The position numbers were made by a program, and so were the translations under genes. DNA of 64,000 nt from Raillietiella orientalis (Eukaryota): positions 1,426,001 through 1,490,000 of the forward strand of contig JAYWIR010000009.1 in NCBI GenBank assembly GCA_036172245.1. The letters run 5' to 3'. This document shows, in pieces, positions 1 through 14,100 of this stretch; the first letter of the stretch is position 1, and each line of letters opens with the position of its first letter. The notes below the pieces were generated by a model. The model was not told the origin of the DNA. It did not search any database and was given only the letters and a program-made list of their open reading frames with translations.

Positions 1-2391
1 GTCTCCGGATCCTGGGGACTTTGAAAAATTCGCCTCCGGACCCTCTACCTGCCCTTCCGACAGGTAGGCAGTTCTGCAAGTCTGGCTCTCGCGATGTCTT
101 CCAGGTCGAGGAGAACGGATTGGCCTCTTTGCATCCCCGGGAGTGGTTTCCTCGTCGTGTTCCCTGGAATCGAAGTGCAGGTGCACACGCAATTACGAGT
201 GCCCCGTTTCGGGAAGAGCGGATGGAAACTATTCGGGAAGCTGCGAAGGAATCCAGAAGTTTCGCGGCTCGGAAGAACCGACCAAGACTTTTCAGGACTC
301 GCAAAAAATGACGCGCGCAGGAGCTCGCGCAAGCGCGCACGCACTGGGGAACAGTTGGCGGTACACTTCCTCACCTTGCAGTGAAAAATGCAGCATCAGA
401 AGAAACGCGCGGTACACCACAGATCAGACGAACGCACTGATGAGACGGTACTTAGGAGTTCGTGACCGTGGCAGCCTTACGGATTACGGTCTGCATCCGC
501 GCCGAACTCATCTGCAGGAAACTGGAAGGACGCGAGCCGAACGCTACTCCCCTCTCTCCCCGCATTCTCGCGCGCGACCTTCTTTCCTTCGATCTCCCGA
601 AACGAATGCAGGTTTCCCCCCCGACCCAGAGGAGTGTGTTCCTAGCGGACATTGAAGAACATCCGTCAGGGAAGTGCAGAAGAAACGTCATCGTCGGTGG
701 CTGCTGCCGATTCTTTTCTTTTTCTTTTTTTTTTTATCCATCTGCCTTCGTCCTCATGACTGATTCTTCTTTTTCAGCTCTGCCTCACGGCCCGTTACAT
801 CTCTTCCTTTCGCAGGCGACCTTGACTAAGGAGGTGGCTCAAGCTACGCAACAGAGGTCAGAAAACTGCACCACGACCTCAACTTCCAGCTCGGTGGTTC
901 ACTCCGTCCTCTCTGCTGACCACTTCCGATGAAAAATGATTCCAAGAATCTCCTGTTCCTGAATCCACCGAGGGCAACAGAGCCCAAGAAAAGAATCGGG
1001 ATAGGTTCTTCCAGGCAAATGATCTGCAACAGGAGAAAAAAAAGGCAAAGGATAGGGGTCAAAGGGTTTGAGCGGCCACGTGGTTGCGGTCTCTGCGCGT
1101 GGCACCAGGCGTCGCGGATTCGAATACTCCGAGAAACGGGTGTGTCATGGGTTCGAGTTCCTCCTGCAAGATGACTCTGGCCTATATTCATCGAGGTGCG
1201 GAACCAGTGGCACTTAAAACTGCATGCCCCCGATGAGTGACCGGGGTTGGAAGTCGACCCTCCGGGGTCCTTCCAGAAACTGAATCAGGGAGTCCAGTTC
1301 CCTTCGGAGTTTGCCTCCAGTTGCGCAAAGGAGCGGACCCCCTCTTCGGGGGGGGACCCTCTGTCTCGTACCCTGGAGCTGGTGGATTGATGATACCTGT
1401 CCAGAGTGCAAAGTTGCTCCAGAGCTTGACCGGCTGCAAATTCCTTGCCACCCCCACCCTGCACGCATCCGCAGGCGCATAGCGGCTCCGAGCATGGAAG
1501 CGTGACATCTAAGCTATGCTAGGGAAGTGGAAAAGAGGCGAGATTGTTTTCGCGGGCCAGCTTCCTCCTTTCCCAGCAGCAAGTGCCGGGATGATGGGAT
1601 TCTCTCGAGGACCATGTGTCGGAAACGAGTTGGTTCGTTAGTACCCGCTCCCTGTCCGATGTGGATTATTCATACGTGAACTGCACGGGCACGTGATCTC
1701 CCACACCATGAACTTGCAGCAGAAGAGAAATTCTCTTGTATCACGCTACTGCAGGGCTTCTAATTAGCAGCTAATTGCAAAACACGGATGTCTTCCTCGA
1801 AGGAACCTAAGCTTCCCTCCCGACAACCATCAATTTGAGGATCCACCGACGCACCTGCCTTCCGTGGAACCTCGGCGATCACAGGAAGCGACAAGAATCA
1901 TCAAGTGCGGAACCCTGTGCAAATTATCACCCAGGCACGTGAGTGGCACGCGCCAGAAGCTGTCTGCGGACGCGTCGCCACGCTCAGAGGCCATGAGTTT
2001 GCGTGGCAACGAAAGCGGATGAGCAAATTGAAACTCGAAAAAAAAACACACACACACGCATGCACGCACACGCACACGCAAAGAAACAGCAAGTGGAAAA
2101 GAGCACACGAGCGTGCAGCGGCCCGTGGCTGGGGTGCTTTCAGGGGAAGAAAAGGTCTCCCCACCTCTTTTCCGTGGGTAAGCAGCGCTCCAGAGAACCT
2201 GGAGGGAAAGCTCTGGTGGGATCCGCAAGACGCTGCACTTCATCCTCGAATTTACCTGCGCCCACCTCGTTTCAGAAGTTTTCCCTTTTCACTGGACTGA
2301 AGACCATCGACAGAAGCCAAGATTCTGACCTCTAGGTTGCCAGATGTTCCATGCCTTCGAGTTGGTGCCAGATAGGATCCAGCTGCGGGTC

Positions 2392-2422
2392 GAAATCGCC
2401 CCCCACCTAGGGGGGCGATTTC
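2392..2422. repeat. Perfect inverted repeat, 13-bp arms, 5-nt loop
   Basis: gaaatcgcccccc-accta-ggggggcgatttc. Confidence 0.9.
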
Positions 2423-5400
2423 CGGAGACCACAACGGAGAGCGCCCAAGGTGAAGAGCGCCCAAGGTGGGCACACAGAGATCAGCTGGAAGATCCCCACC
2501 TGCTGTTCTTCACTTGCAGCGTTCTCCAGACACTCCCTTGTACTTTTCGCCATGGTCGCGACCTCTGCTTGCAAGGGAAAGCATTCAGGCCTCGTTACTT
2601 GGATGGAGACGGTGCTTCTCTGAAGCAAAGGGTTGGGGCAACCTGACCACCGTCCTAATTCGGAATACTAATTATAAGTTGGCTTGCGTATTTTGGCGAG
2701 CATCTGATTTGCGTTAGCGGTCAATGAGATGAAATTAAGATGTCAACTCCGGTTGTTTTTCCTCCATCAGTGGTTGCTTCCAAGGACCAACCTACTCCCT
2801 CTGGGATGAACCTCTTTGTTCCAGCCTTCTTTTGGTCGAGACGAGTGGAAAAGAGACTGGCTTTTCGTATACAAAAAAAAAAAAAGAAGCTAAGATTTCA
2901 TCTCTGTGTACAACCGTCTGAATAGAAGGGTTCGGTTGTTCGGGGGACCACCGAAATGAAGCTCTGACCGACCTTCCTGATTCCGAGTTTCCGGCGCTCC
3001 GAACTTTTTTGGATTTTGGCTCAGAAGCGCGTACGAACGGAAAGCTCATCCGCCCCGGAAACGGAAAAAAAAAGGGGAATGGTAAGTTCTGCAGGGCGTG
3101 CTGACGCGCTCAAACGGGCGAAGTGAACGGGTGGTCCATTTTATTCTCATCGTTTGCTTTTTGGTACGCTGAAAATCCTAGCAGCTTCGCAGCATTTGCA
3201 CTCTCAAGATCACATTATTATCGCGTATAATCAGTCCGTAGTGATAGGAACTATGAGAGACCGAGTGCGTGATTGGATTTCGACCAAGCGGAAATGAAAG
3301 TGATCGAATGGTTTAGGGAAACAGTCCGCATTTTATTCATCAGCCGGCGCAACCCATTCTTCAGACGATCGCGTCATAAATAAAAAATTCGAGCTTTTTG
3401 AAAAAGCTGAAATAACGAACTCCAGGTGCAGTGAAGGGTATGGGAAACGGGAGAAAATGGAGCACAAAACTTCCGAAAAAAATACAGCTGTTAGTGGCGA
3501 CGGGAAGCTCCGTAGAACTAATAGCGATTTTCGGAAAACCGAGTCCGCAAGGGAAAGGATTAATAAAAAAAAAAAAAAAAAAATTGGTGGCTTTGTCATG
3601 CTGCTCCGTTGTGTTGCGGAGGAGCAATTTTTCTTTTCCAGGAAATTCTCCTCTTCGCACCGAGCCTTTTGTTGGGAGGGACCGAACACGAGCGCGGGGA
3701 TGATCAGGACCGAAATGTTCCTCTTCCTCGTTCGGTCCTGCCCGAAAAGATGCGAAAGGATCCGGACCGAAAGAGGGACGTTTTTCTGCGAGCTCCCGTT
3801 TCTTTCAAAACCTGTCGCACCGAAAGAGCGGATCGAAGCCAACAGATTTCGCATCTGCGGCGCTCAGAATCGGATCAGAGGTAGCCGCGGATTCGAAAGC
3901 GCCCCAGGCCGAAAGCAAGTCAGCTTCTCGCCGAGCACTCGACGCCGCCTTGCTTTTAATCTTCGCTTTTCAATCAGCAATGACTTGAGTAGTAATCAGC
4001 ATCCATCGTGGAAGGTGCGAGCCACCTTGACTTCACCTCTGCCAGTCCGCAATTCGAACGTCCTGAGAGAACACATACCGACGACTCGAAGGAAAGATCA
4101 AACTTCAGACTGCTTTCTTCCGCGGTGGTCCATCCAGCTGGAGGAGACGGTTTCCGTTACTTGAGCATTTCATCATTTTTTGAAACCTGATCTCTCTGGA
4201 GATGAGTCATCTTTGTGACATCGTTAGGTGCCTCCGCTCCACATGTCGCTGGAAACGTGGAAGTCTAACAAACAGCAACATTTTCTTAAACTTGATGAAT
4301 AAGAAAAAAATCAGCAATCACTCATGTAATAATGTTCCAGCGTATCCTTCTGGTTTCACGATCTAGCTCTGCACGCATTTCTGTTATTTGCATGAGCATC
4401 TACTATGAGAGAACAGCGACGGCATGCTTTGCTTACCAAACGTGTCTTGTGCCGACACACAGACACTGAACACGAGCTCGACAATTTCACCGCATGAATG
4501 GAACAGAGCTTTCAGTGCCGTGTGTTAGTGGCATTACAAAATCATATGTGTCACTAAATGCACAAGTGTGTAAGATTTCTTTGCTTTCATCTAATAAATA
4601 GGTTACCCACGTCATGTGGATTCCGCGCATCATCCATGGACTCTGAAAATTCTTTTCGATATTTTCCTCATCGTGCACATCGCTAAAGGAAACTCAAATG
4701 TTTCGAAATTTCAGTTTTAAATTATTTTGACCTCTACCAGCAAATGATGGCATCCATTCGAAAATTCAGCTGAAGGTCACTCCCAATCCATATTCATCTT
4801 GATTCACGGCTGCTGGACCAAACAGCCTCGAGCTCTGCTGAATAATGGGAACACAGTAGAACGGAAGATAGCCCGAAGGAAAACTGAAGAGTACATCCAA
4901 TCCTACCCATCCTAATAATGGTCAGTGAGAATCAATAAGGATGAATAAAAGAGGCATTTCGAACTCAATGCTTTAATGACTGTGACGAAAGCTAGGAAGC
5001 TGTCTGCAAACGAATCAGCCTCCAGTTGCGAGGAGCACACTCTGATTGGGAATGATAGGATTCCGCCTGCGTAATTCTGCATGGACAACTTCTGGAACCA
5101 CGTGAAGCATTACGCCTATCCCAGCCATGGGGAGTTGGTCAGCTCCGAAGCACAACTACCTGCGCTAGGCCATATTTGTTCAGATTTTAAGAAAGTACTT
5201 TGTACATCTCAGAGAAAGTTTATTTGCATAAATTTCGATAGAGGACAGCTCGAAGTTCCTTGAATTTATTAAGTTCAGCGGTTCTCACAGCCACAGGCCG
5301 AACGAATAAAATCCAAATCGTTCTAAAATAGCCACCATGCTATGGGAATAGGTCCGTCTAGTCCAATTAGGATAATGGGTGATATCATTGGCGAATGGCA

Positions 5401-8400
5401 GAGAGCAGAGTTTGACAAGAACTTGATGCATAGCCCTTCTCTTGCACGATCTCAAAGAATGATTTCTCATCGGAGACTGTTCGTCATCAGTAGCGAAAGA
5501 GAGGAACTCCCGAAGAAAGAAGCATGGAGAGACCAGTAAGACTTATCTTGGGAAGCTGTTGAATTTTTAGCATTCAGGATGAGGATCTTGAATCGTAGAG
5601 AGATTCGAAGCACTGCCAATGCATTTCGTATAGGATCGCTTTTAAGCTGTAGCCACAAAACAGAGCGAGCACTTCGAGGCTAGTTGTCTTTGGAGGACCT
5701 GGAAACCGGATGGAGCAGATGAAACCCAACGGAAACAGAATGAGTACGCACGGAAAGCACAGACCTAGTACGAAAAGCAAGCAGCGAGCAAGTTGGATCT
5801 CTTCTTCATTGGAAACGAGAACCAACGCTGGTTTTCCGTCGCCACGGGAAACGCGCGTGTTCCCTCGGTCCGCTTCTGGTGTTCTCCGCCGCACGTACCG
5901 TAATCCACACTCACACAGACTTCTTCCTTGGAAACTGGTCCAGATCAGCAAAGCGAAACCCTGGATGCCTGCTTGGAAGTGTTTACCCCAGCAGCGCGTT
6001 TGTTCGCTCCCCAGTTCATTTTGCGCAAGAAACACACTGACGCGTCCAATCGCCACTTTAAGGATGTTTGCAATAGAAACGTATTGCAGCATTTATTTCA
6101 AATACACAAAGATACGGTGGATGAGAAGTTCGCCATCTCATTCCGCACCTTCTGATCAATGCCGTCGCCGCGCTCGCTTTTCAAACTCGGTTCTTCTTCA
6201 GATGTCGTTTTTTTTGCATCCTCTTAGGACGAATGGATGTTTGACGGACATGGAGACAAGATCAGCGGTTTGCATTCGTTGCTGAATGACTAACAGAAGA
6301 GGAATGATTTAAAAACGAATCCCAGTCTTCTTACATCACGAGGAATCGTCTTTTTCAGAAGAGTGAGCTCGAAAGATACCGGAAGCTACATCTCAGAGTC
6401 CTTCGCGAGCTCGGAGGCTTCCAAATAAGTCTCAGTAAAAAACAGATTTCTGGTAGTTCGCTGAAAACGAATGCGAATCACTTGTGATAATCAATCACAT
6501 GATGGAACACCCACAGGAAGTGGAACAAAAAAAAAAGGGAGGGGGAGGGGAAAGGACCGCTTGACTGAGTTCAAGAGAAAAAGGACAAAAGTGAGATGGG
6601 ATGACTTTGAAACTCTTGAAGGATGAGAGAAGGAGGCACAGCATTTTCTTGCAGCATTCTTACAAGGAGACTCTCTATGCGATCCTTCGATTTGTGTATT
6701 CATCCCCACAGAGCGCATGATCCAGAAAATGTTCTTTTTCCTTCAACCTTCATGTGTACAACAGTATCCTTTTTCCTTATCCTCTCTACCCTCGACCTCG
6801 CAAAAGAATGCTGCCATCCCTTTATGGCACTATTCCTTTCTTCCATGCCCAAAGTAGGAAACCAACCGCCACATCTCTGCTGTCCAGTGAAAAAGTGGCC
6901 TGGCATTGTAAATCCTTGCCCTTTAACCCGATACTCAATTACCGGGCACTTGGTGGCCTCATCGAGGAACCGCTGTTTAGCATCCATATGACCCCACAAA
7001 ACGACTCCTGTGCACCGCCCATTACCTCGGATTATTTTGTGATTAGGTGTGAGAATCTGTGTAACTGAGCACAAACCGTTTCCTCTCCAGCAGTCTCAAA
7101 GAGAAATGACGCACTCTGAACAGATGTGTCTTCCAGAACTCACACACGGCTTATTATGAGAGAAAGGTGCCCTCTACTCGTTGAACCCAGATTACATGGA
7201 TTACGACCAAAAGTTTCAATTCCCTCGATCCAAATCCATTCCCGAACAATCAGCTTCCGATGACCGACAATAAACTCATACTCAAAGAGTTGCGTAAGCA
7301 AACAACCCAAATACCCACCCTACATTGCCCCAACATCGACTCGGCATTGCCCCCAGGAAAATCAAGCCGATTACTCCGCATGAAGATAAAGGAATCATCG
7401 GAGCCACCGAGTTCATTCCGGAGGAGAAAGCATTCCAGATAAAGATCTTGCAGGAAGGATTCAAGAAGAGTGCAGGGATGAGTTCCGTGAGGCTGCACTG
7501 CTTCTGTCGGAGCTCATTTCAAAACTTATCACTTAGGAAAAACTCCGCGTCAAGTTTGGGATGCTTTCCTGATCCCGGATCTGACAGCATCCGTCCTTCC
7601 CCACCCTGTTTGCTCCCGGAGCCTTCCATGCGAGCTGCGGGAATGTTTTCCAGAAAGTTGTTATATAACAGGAATTCCGAGATTTCTCCTCCTTCCCGTT
7701 CGGGGCCTCCGCGCAGTCGGAAAGGACGGCAAAAAAACTCCATCGGACCACAAACCAAATCTCTCTCGAAACTCCCCATTCCGTCGAACACTCTCTCTCG
7801 TTTGCTCTCGTAGACCTCCTAAACCTCCCCTAACATGACGGAAAGTCCTTGGCAGCGAAAAGTTCGATCAACTGCTCTCGATTTCTATGCTTCAAAGCCT
7901 CTTGATCCTGTCCGATCTTACATGAGCTGAAAGCTGTTGGAATTTCACTCATGCGGAAGCTCATCGATCGTGTCTCTGACTTGCTTGTTGGACGCGCTGA
8001 TCTTCCGCAGCTTCTTTCTGCTGTCCCCGCCGAGCTGCCACAGCTTACCTCGACATCATCTATCATAAATGGATCATCCGATAAGCATAGTCGTTCTAGA
8101 ACCTGGAAATCTGCACTGGTCGGCCTTTTTCTAAACCTTTTATTTTGTGTCGTTTTCTGCTTTTTACCCTCGCCAGTAGGAAAATCCTCAACGCTCCCGG
8201 CAGGACCTACGATCTCTCGTCATTACCCCAGATTAAAATGAATACTCTTCTGCTTCTTTCCAAGATTGAAAGAATGTCCCCCGTCTATCCAAAAAGGAAC
8301 CCGTTGTTACAGAATCGCGTTCTCCTTGGAGTGGTTGCTAGTCGATGTCCGAGGCAGATTGGAGATGAGTCCATCGCTAACCACGGCAACGGTTGCTAGC

Positions 8401-10545
8401 AAATCTCACCGCACAAAACATTCGGCACGTCATTCTTCTTAGCTTTTGATCGCTTACGTCGTTCGCGATTGGCTTCGAGCGGACTGACATTCAATACATC
8501 AACCAGAATTCTCAGTCGTTCCTTCGGTACGACTTGCTAAACACATCCAACTGCTCAATAGATCAATCAAAATTGAAAATCAGGGCTTTTTGCAAAATGG
8601 GACGCCCTAGCATCGGCATTATTGGTCATTTCCATTGGTGTCTGAGAAAAATTGATTCTTTCCTATTCAAGGGTATTGGTTTTTCGTGAGAATAAATGTG
8701 GATGCAATTCTTTGCCTTTTTTATTTTTTTGTATTTCATTTTTTCACTCATTGGCTACCGGTTCTATGCCCATTTTAAAAGCATCAGAGGCATATCTATC
8801 GTGATTTTCTTCCACCTTACTACCGACTGATTTAAATTTTGAAACCTTTCTAATCCATCTTATGGCAAACAACGAGATTTAAGATGGAGCCCTTGCAGCT
8901 TCATAGCTTTCTTTTTAACCTCAAATTTGTAATGGCCTTTGTCCACACCTTCCATTTTGCGTCACTGGACATTTCTGCATGAAACCGGAATTCCACGTGC
9001 CCAATATGTGTTCGTCGAAATTGAGATTCATCAAATCATCCTCGGCTAAATGAGCTGATGTCTAACATGCTAACCCTGAAAGGGAAACTCTTCTTCCTGA
9101 TAATACGAACTCGCGGATCCAGGCTATGAGATTTTCAAGCAGGGCAGGATCCTTTTTCAATCGCCCAGTTACTGAGCTTCTAATCTCAAAATCAAAGTGA
9201 TGAGCCAGAAAGCTTCGCCCGTGATTTGCCGTCTGTTCAATCATGATGCTCGTGATAGGCGCAAGAATTTTGTTCTCCATTCTAATTCTGATTTGTTTCT
9301 CCAAGTCCCACCAAGCAAAAGTATGAAAAGACTTCGTAATTTCCTTTGGATTAAATTTCGCGTTCTGTTTCACTCCAGTCTACAACTAAGAGCGACCCGG
9401 ACGAAACTCCGATTCACTATGATGTCCCATAGGTGATGAATGCTAAAACTGCATTCAAGAACCAAAAGTTAGAAGGAAAACAACTGTTTCCTTAAAACAT
9501 AATTTCCCTCCCAATAGCATTCTGGTCGTTTACACCCATCCATAATCCTAATTACCATGGACACTCTTTTCAGCTGGCATTTGGAACTATGGCTTATTTT
9601 GATCATGAATACGGTATGATTCTAGAATCTATGAATAAATGAGACCTATGTCTCTAAGATACATTAGATTCAAAGTAGACGCATTACCAGCAACTGTGTT
9701 ACATAGTGCTAAGATTACAAGCGCCTTTTGATATGAGTTCCCATGATAAAGACCAAGTGTACACCTTTTTGTATATTACAACGGGTAAAATGAAATAGAC
9801 AATATGCATTTGCGATCTATATTCATAATCATGCAACGGTTATAGAGAGTGAAAGTCAGTCAGTGTATTTTTCTCGTAATACCTTAAAGGTAACAGAAAC
9901 GAGGGATTTCATGCTTTGTACACTCGAATCAATCTTTCAAAAACAAGAGATTACGTGTCTACTCGGCAGTTCGAGGTTGTAATACGTGCAATTGTATGCT
10001 GCTGATCGGCTCGCACTTCGTTATTACGTGCTCATCTCTAGAAATGGGAAAATCTTGCCTTTTAGGAAAATCAAATCGAGTCGGCTATTTTCACCTCTTA
10101 CTGATTCATGAGCACTGAAAATGACACCGGAAAAATAAATTTAAGAGGTGTGTGCAATTCTGCAAACACTTGTCGACTGGAAGTTGTACGCAACTCTCCT
10201 CGCTGGGACAGGAGTCGAGGGAGTAGTGTACATTTGGAAACACTAGTTTTGGGAGATGGTTGACTAGACTGTGTAGAGCTTTGGAAGAAAAAAAAAAAAG
10301 TCAGATGTGTGTGCGTCCATTTAAAAATACCAATCAAATGGATGCGACTTTCGTGCATACAGTTTTTCAAGAGAATTCCTCCGGACCAACATTCCTTTGT
10401 CTTGGTGTACATTCACAACATGACTTTGGAGGCCTTACAACCATACTAAGTACATTGCTGTGAAAATTTGCATGTTTCGACTAAATATTGCTTTAATCGA
10501 CTGATATTACCAAAACACTATTATAGTACCTTAAATCAGCCAATG

Positions 10546-10585
10546 TTTCCTCTTCAGCAGCATAAACATGCTGCTGAAGAGGAAA
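10546..10585. repeat. Perfect inverted repeat, 18-bp arms, 4-nt loop
   Basis: tttcctcttcagcagcat-aaac-atgctgctgaagaggaaa. Confidence 0.95.
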
Positions 10586-11153
10586 AAGAGGATTGATGAA
10601 GTGGTTTACTAACTTCGCCACAGTAAAATATCCCACTTTCATTATTGTGATGAGCAAAGTTAAATTTTCTTATTTTAATACAGACTATAACAGTGTTTAC
10701 TCCAAGGAGTTGCAGAAATAGTAAAGCGAAGCATTTTTTTCCTCCAGCATCTTTGACAAATTTTGCCTCAAAGTGTTTTCTAAGTCATCTAAACGTTGTT
10801 GTGCAATGAACAGATGGGCAATGAACCCTTGCTTCTGCGAACCACGCTGAGGAAAAAATCATCATCAGGGAATGCAGTAAGTATGTAACAGGGGAAGAAA
10901 ATAAACAGGAAAATACATGCTTTTCTCTCCATGCTTTTTCCTAGATGCTTTTTTTGTTAGGCATCTAAACTCTGAAAAGCAGGCGTGCAACTCGACTCTA
11001 TAGAACCGGGAACAATAGTGACAAAGTAGTGGTCTGTGACCAGCATACCGTGTGAAGACGTTTATATGCCCCGAGGCACAATCTTCAGCGAGGTAGGGAT
11101 ACTGCAGATCATGTAACAGTGCTATGAACTTTCGGTAACGATGTTGAAAAACA

Positions 11154-14100
11154 ATGTATAAAAGTTTCTTTCTATATGCGGTGATCGAAAACCTAATTAT
11201 TAACCCCGAAGATTTTACTGTTCATGCCAGTATTAATGCAGCACCGGAATTTTTACCAAGTGGAGACCTATCAAAGTTCACGCTTAAAGAAGATACTTTG
11301 GTCAATTCTGTAGTATATCACTTAAAGGGAATTGATCCCGAAAATTCTTCTGTAACTTATAGCATTGACAGTGATTTTTTGAGAGTTGATAAAAACACTG
11401 GTGTTGTTTACCTATCAAAAGTATTAGATAGAGAAAAAATATCAAAAATATTTGTTACAATCAGTATCTCAGGTACTAAATTTGCACTTCATAACGGCTA
11501 ATGGTTGCTAGCAACTTTGTAGTGGCTCATTTCATTTGTCATGAACAGGAACATTTCCCTATTGTTATTTTTTATGATTATTTTGGGATTTTAATCTTGA
11601 TTCAAATAAGTGCTTTCATCAAAGTAACCATATTTTTGTTTATATCTATTCGTAAATTGAATTTATTGTATTATTACTTCAAAACTTGTTGCATCGAAAC
11701 ATGATGTCTGTTTTCAAATCAATGAAATTAAGCCCCAATACTTCAATAATAATGATTCATAGATTTATGTGCGCATTTTTGTATGTGTTTCTATAGAAGA
11801 AAGCAAGAGAAAGTTAAATCGTCAAATATCTGTTTAAGAATATTAAGAGATCATCATTTCTATTTTCTGTTTTCCAGATGAAAGCTTTGATGAAAATGAA
11901 CCCAACAAAGTATCCCTGAAAAGAGAAATTCAAATTTTGGATGTTAATGATAATGCTCCAAGATTTCTAGATGCTCCATTTGCATTCTCTGTCCTGGAAA
12001 ATGCTACTGTTGGCAGCATTTTATTCAATGGAATTTGGGTTCAAGATGTTGATAGTGGACAGAATGCAAATGTTGACTTTGAGTGTCTACCAGATTTGGT
12101 ATGTAAAGACATTTATGTGTTAAAATATCATAGGCACACAAGTAGTTCTACATTGAGTTCAGTTTGAAATTTCATCGTGTTCTGGGTTTCTTTCCTTCAA
12201 ACCCTAAACACTGATTTTCATTTAAATTCAAGAATTTCTTTCTTATATTACTGTTTACAAATTTTTACTTTGAGCTTTTTATGCTTTTATAGTTTTCATG
12301 CGTGATTTCTTATATTTCTTGACAATTTTTTCATATGTATCACAAGTTATTGTTCTGAGATCTTGTATAATCTAGAAATGTACTGTAATGCACAGCTAAC
12401 TTATCTGTTTCCACAACACTTAGAATTTAATCTTATATGCATTGGTTTGATTGTAACATCTCACAGTTGAAAACAGAAAATTACAGTAAGAAGTTATAGT
12501 GTGGGAGAAGCTAACAATTTATTGTTGAAATCTAACAAAAAATATTTTGGGTGAATCTTGCTGCATTCAGTAATTTTTATAATTTCAAGTTTTTCTTAAC
12601 GAAATTCAGTAAATAAAAAGAATGTATGCATCCTGACGTTATTGCATTAACATGTTTTGATTCCTAATCTATGGTTCAAATTAAATTTCCAGGATGAATT
12701 TGCCTGCCAAACATTTCAAATACAAAGAATTCAAGTTGCTGATGGTTCATTTCAAGGACTTATTATTCTCCAAGATCAACTTGATTTCGAAATTCGCTCC
12801 TTTTATATTCTCAAGATCCGTGCTCATGATAAAGGATTTCGTACCCAGCTGTCCAGTATTGTTCATGTTGCTATCAGTGTCATTGATGTACAAGATCAGT
12901 CACCTGCATTCTTATTCACTCCTTATATTGCCATAATACCAGAAAATGGACCACCTGTAAGTGATGTTTTGTATGCAGTCAAGCATTATTAATGCTTATT
13001 GTCAGGGGCATCTTGTCTTAGAAGTGTCTGCTAGGGATCAGGATGGTGGGAAGCCAAACAAACTCAACTTTCAGATTCATGGTGATGAGAAAAAGCATTT
13101 TAAACTGAGTGATGTTGTTCATGACAACAGTGGAATTAGCAGAGTACACGTACTTGCTAGTAATCACTCATTAGATGCAGACCAAAGAGATTTGATCCTT
13201 AATGGTGGTATATACGTATTTCAACTGGAGGTAAGATGACAACCATGAAACTGTATTGCATCATAAGCTACTAGGCTAGGGAGACAGGTGGCTCCTCTAA
13301 TGAATTTGTAAGAACCAATATAAGTGTCATTATACAAGATCAGGATGACCAAATACCTTTCTTCATTCCTAAGAAAACTAATATAACACTTCCAGAAAAT
13401 ATAAGTGAGATTTTTAGTAACACAAAGATTTTATAAAAACTAATGCATTTGTTGCTTTGTATAGAATCTGGTGAATATGTTCCGGATTTTTGGTTGTGGG
13501 CAACTGATTCAGATTATGGCGAGAATGCTAGGTTCAATCTTTCTTTGAGTAGTGATGTCAGTGGAATATTCAATGTTCATCCGAATTCTTGCCAGCATTT
13601 TTGTTCATTCGCTCTTGAAATAACAAATTCATCTTTACTAGAAAAAATGCGGCATATAAACTTTAATGTTCTGGCCCACAGTGTATCTCATCCTCCTGTT
13701 GATACTAAAGTCCAAATCACTGTGACACCTCCTTCTGATGCCTTGTCTCTGTTTCTACACTCTGAATACAGGTACGAGAATTTGTTCACTTCAGAGTCAT
13801 TTTTGTTTCAGATTTGAGGTGCCAGAAAATGTATCACCTGGCTGGATAGTTGGTGATTTGCTTCTAGTGGACGATGTTCTCTTTCCACTTCACTACAATT
13901 TAACAGGCTTTGGAGTTGATCAATTTAAAATTAATGCTACTTCATCTCAACTTTACGTAGCTAATTGTGGAGTGGTATCCTGCTTGAATTTTGAAGCTGA
14001 GCAAAATTATTTGATGCTCTTGTCTGCCGAAGATACTTCAGGCAAGCAGGGCAGAGTAGTAATTTGGGTTGATGTGCAAGATATCAATGATGTCGCTCCT

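Noticed and set aside
1100..1170. B-box-like GGTTCGAGTT
   Set aside because: No A-box or cloverleaf
7519..8546. Chain of minus-strand open frames suggesting a gene divergent from the cadherin
   Set aside because: Could not be joined into a consistent spliced frame, and no homology was recognised
9062..9373. Minus ORF with LIAWIREFVLSGR resembling non-LTR reverse transcriptase (WIxSFLxxR)
   Set aside because: Flanking diagnostic motifs (DxxKAFD, GVPQGS, YADD) are absent
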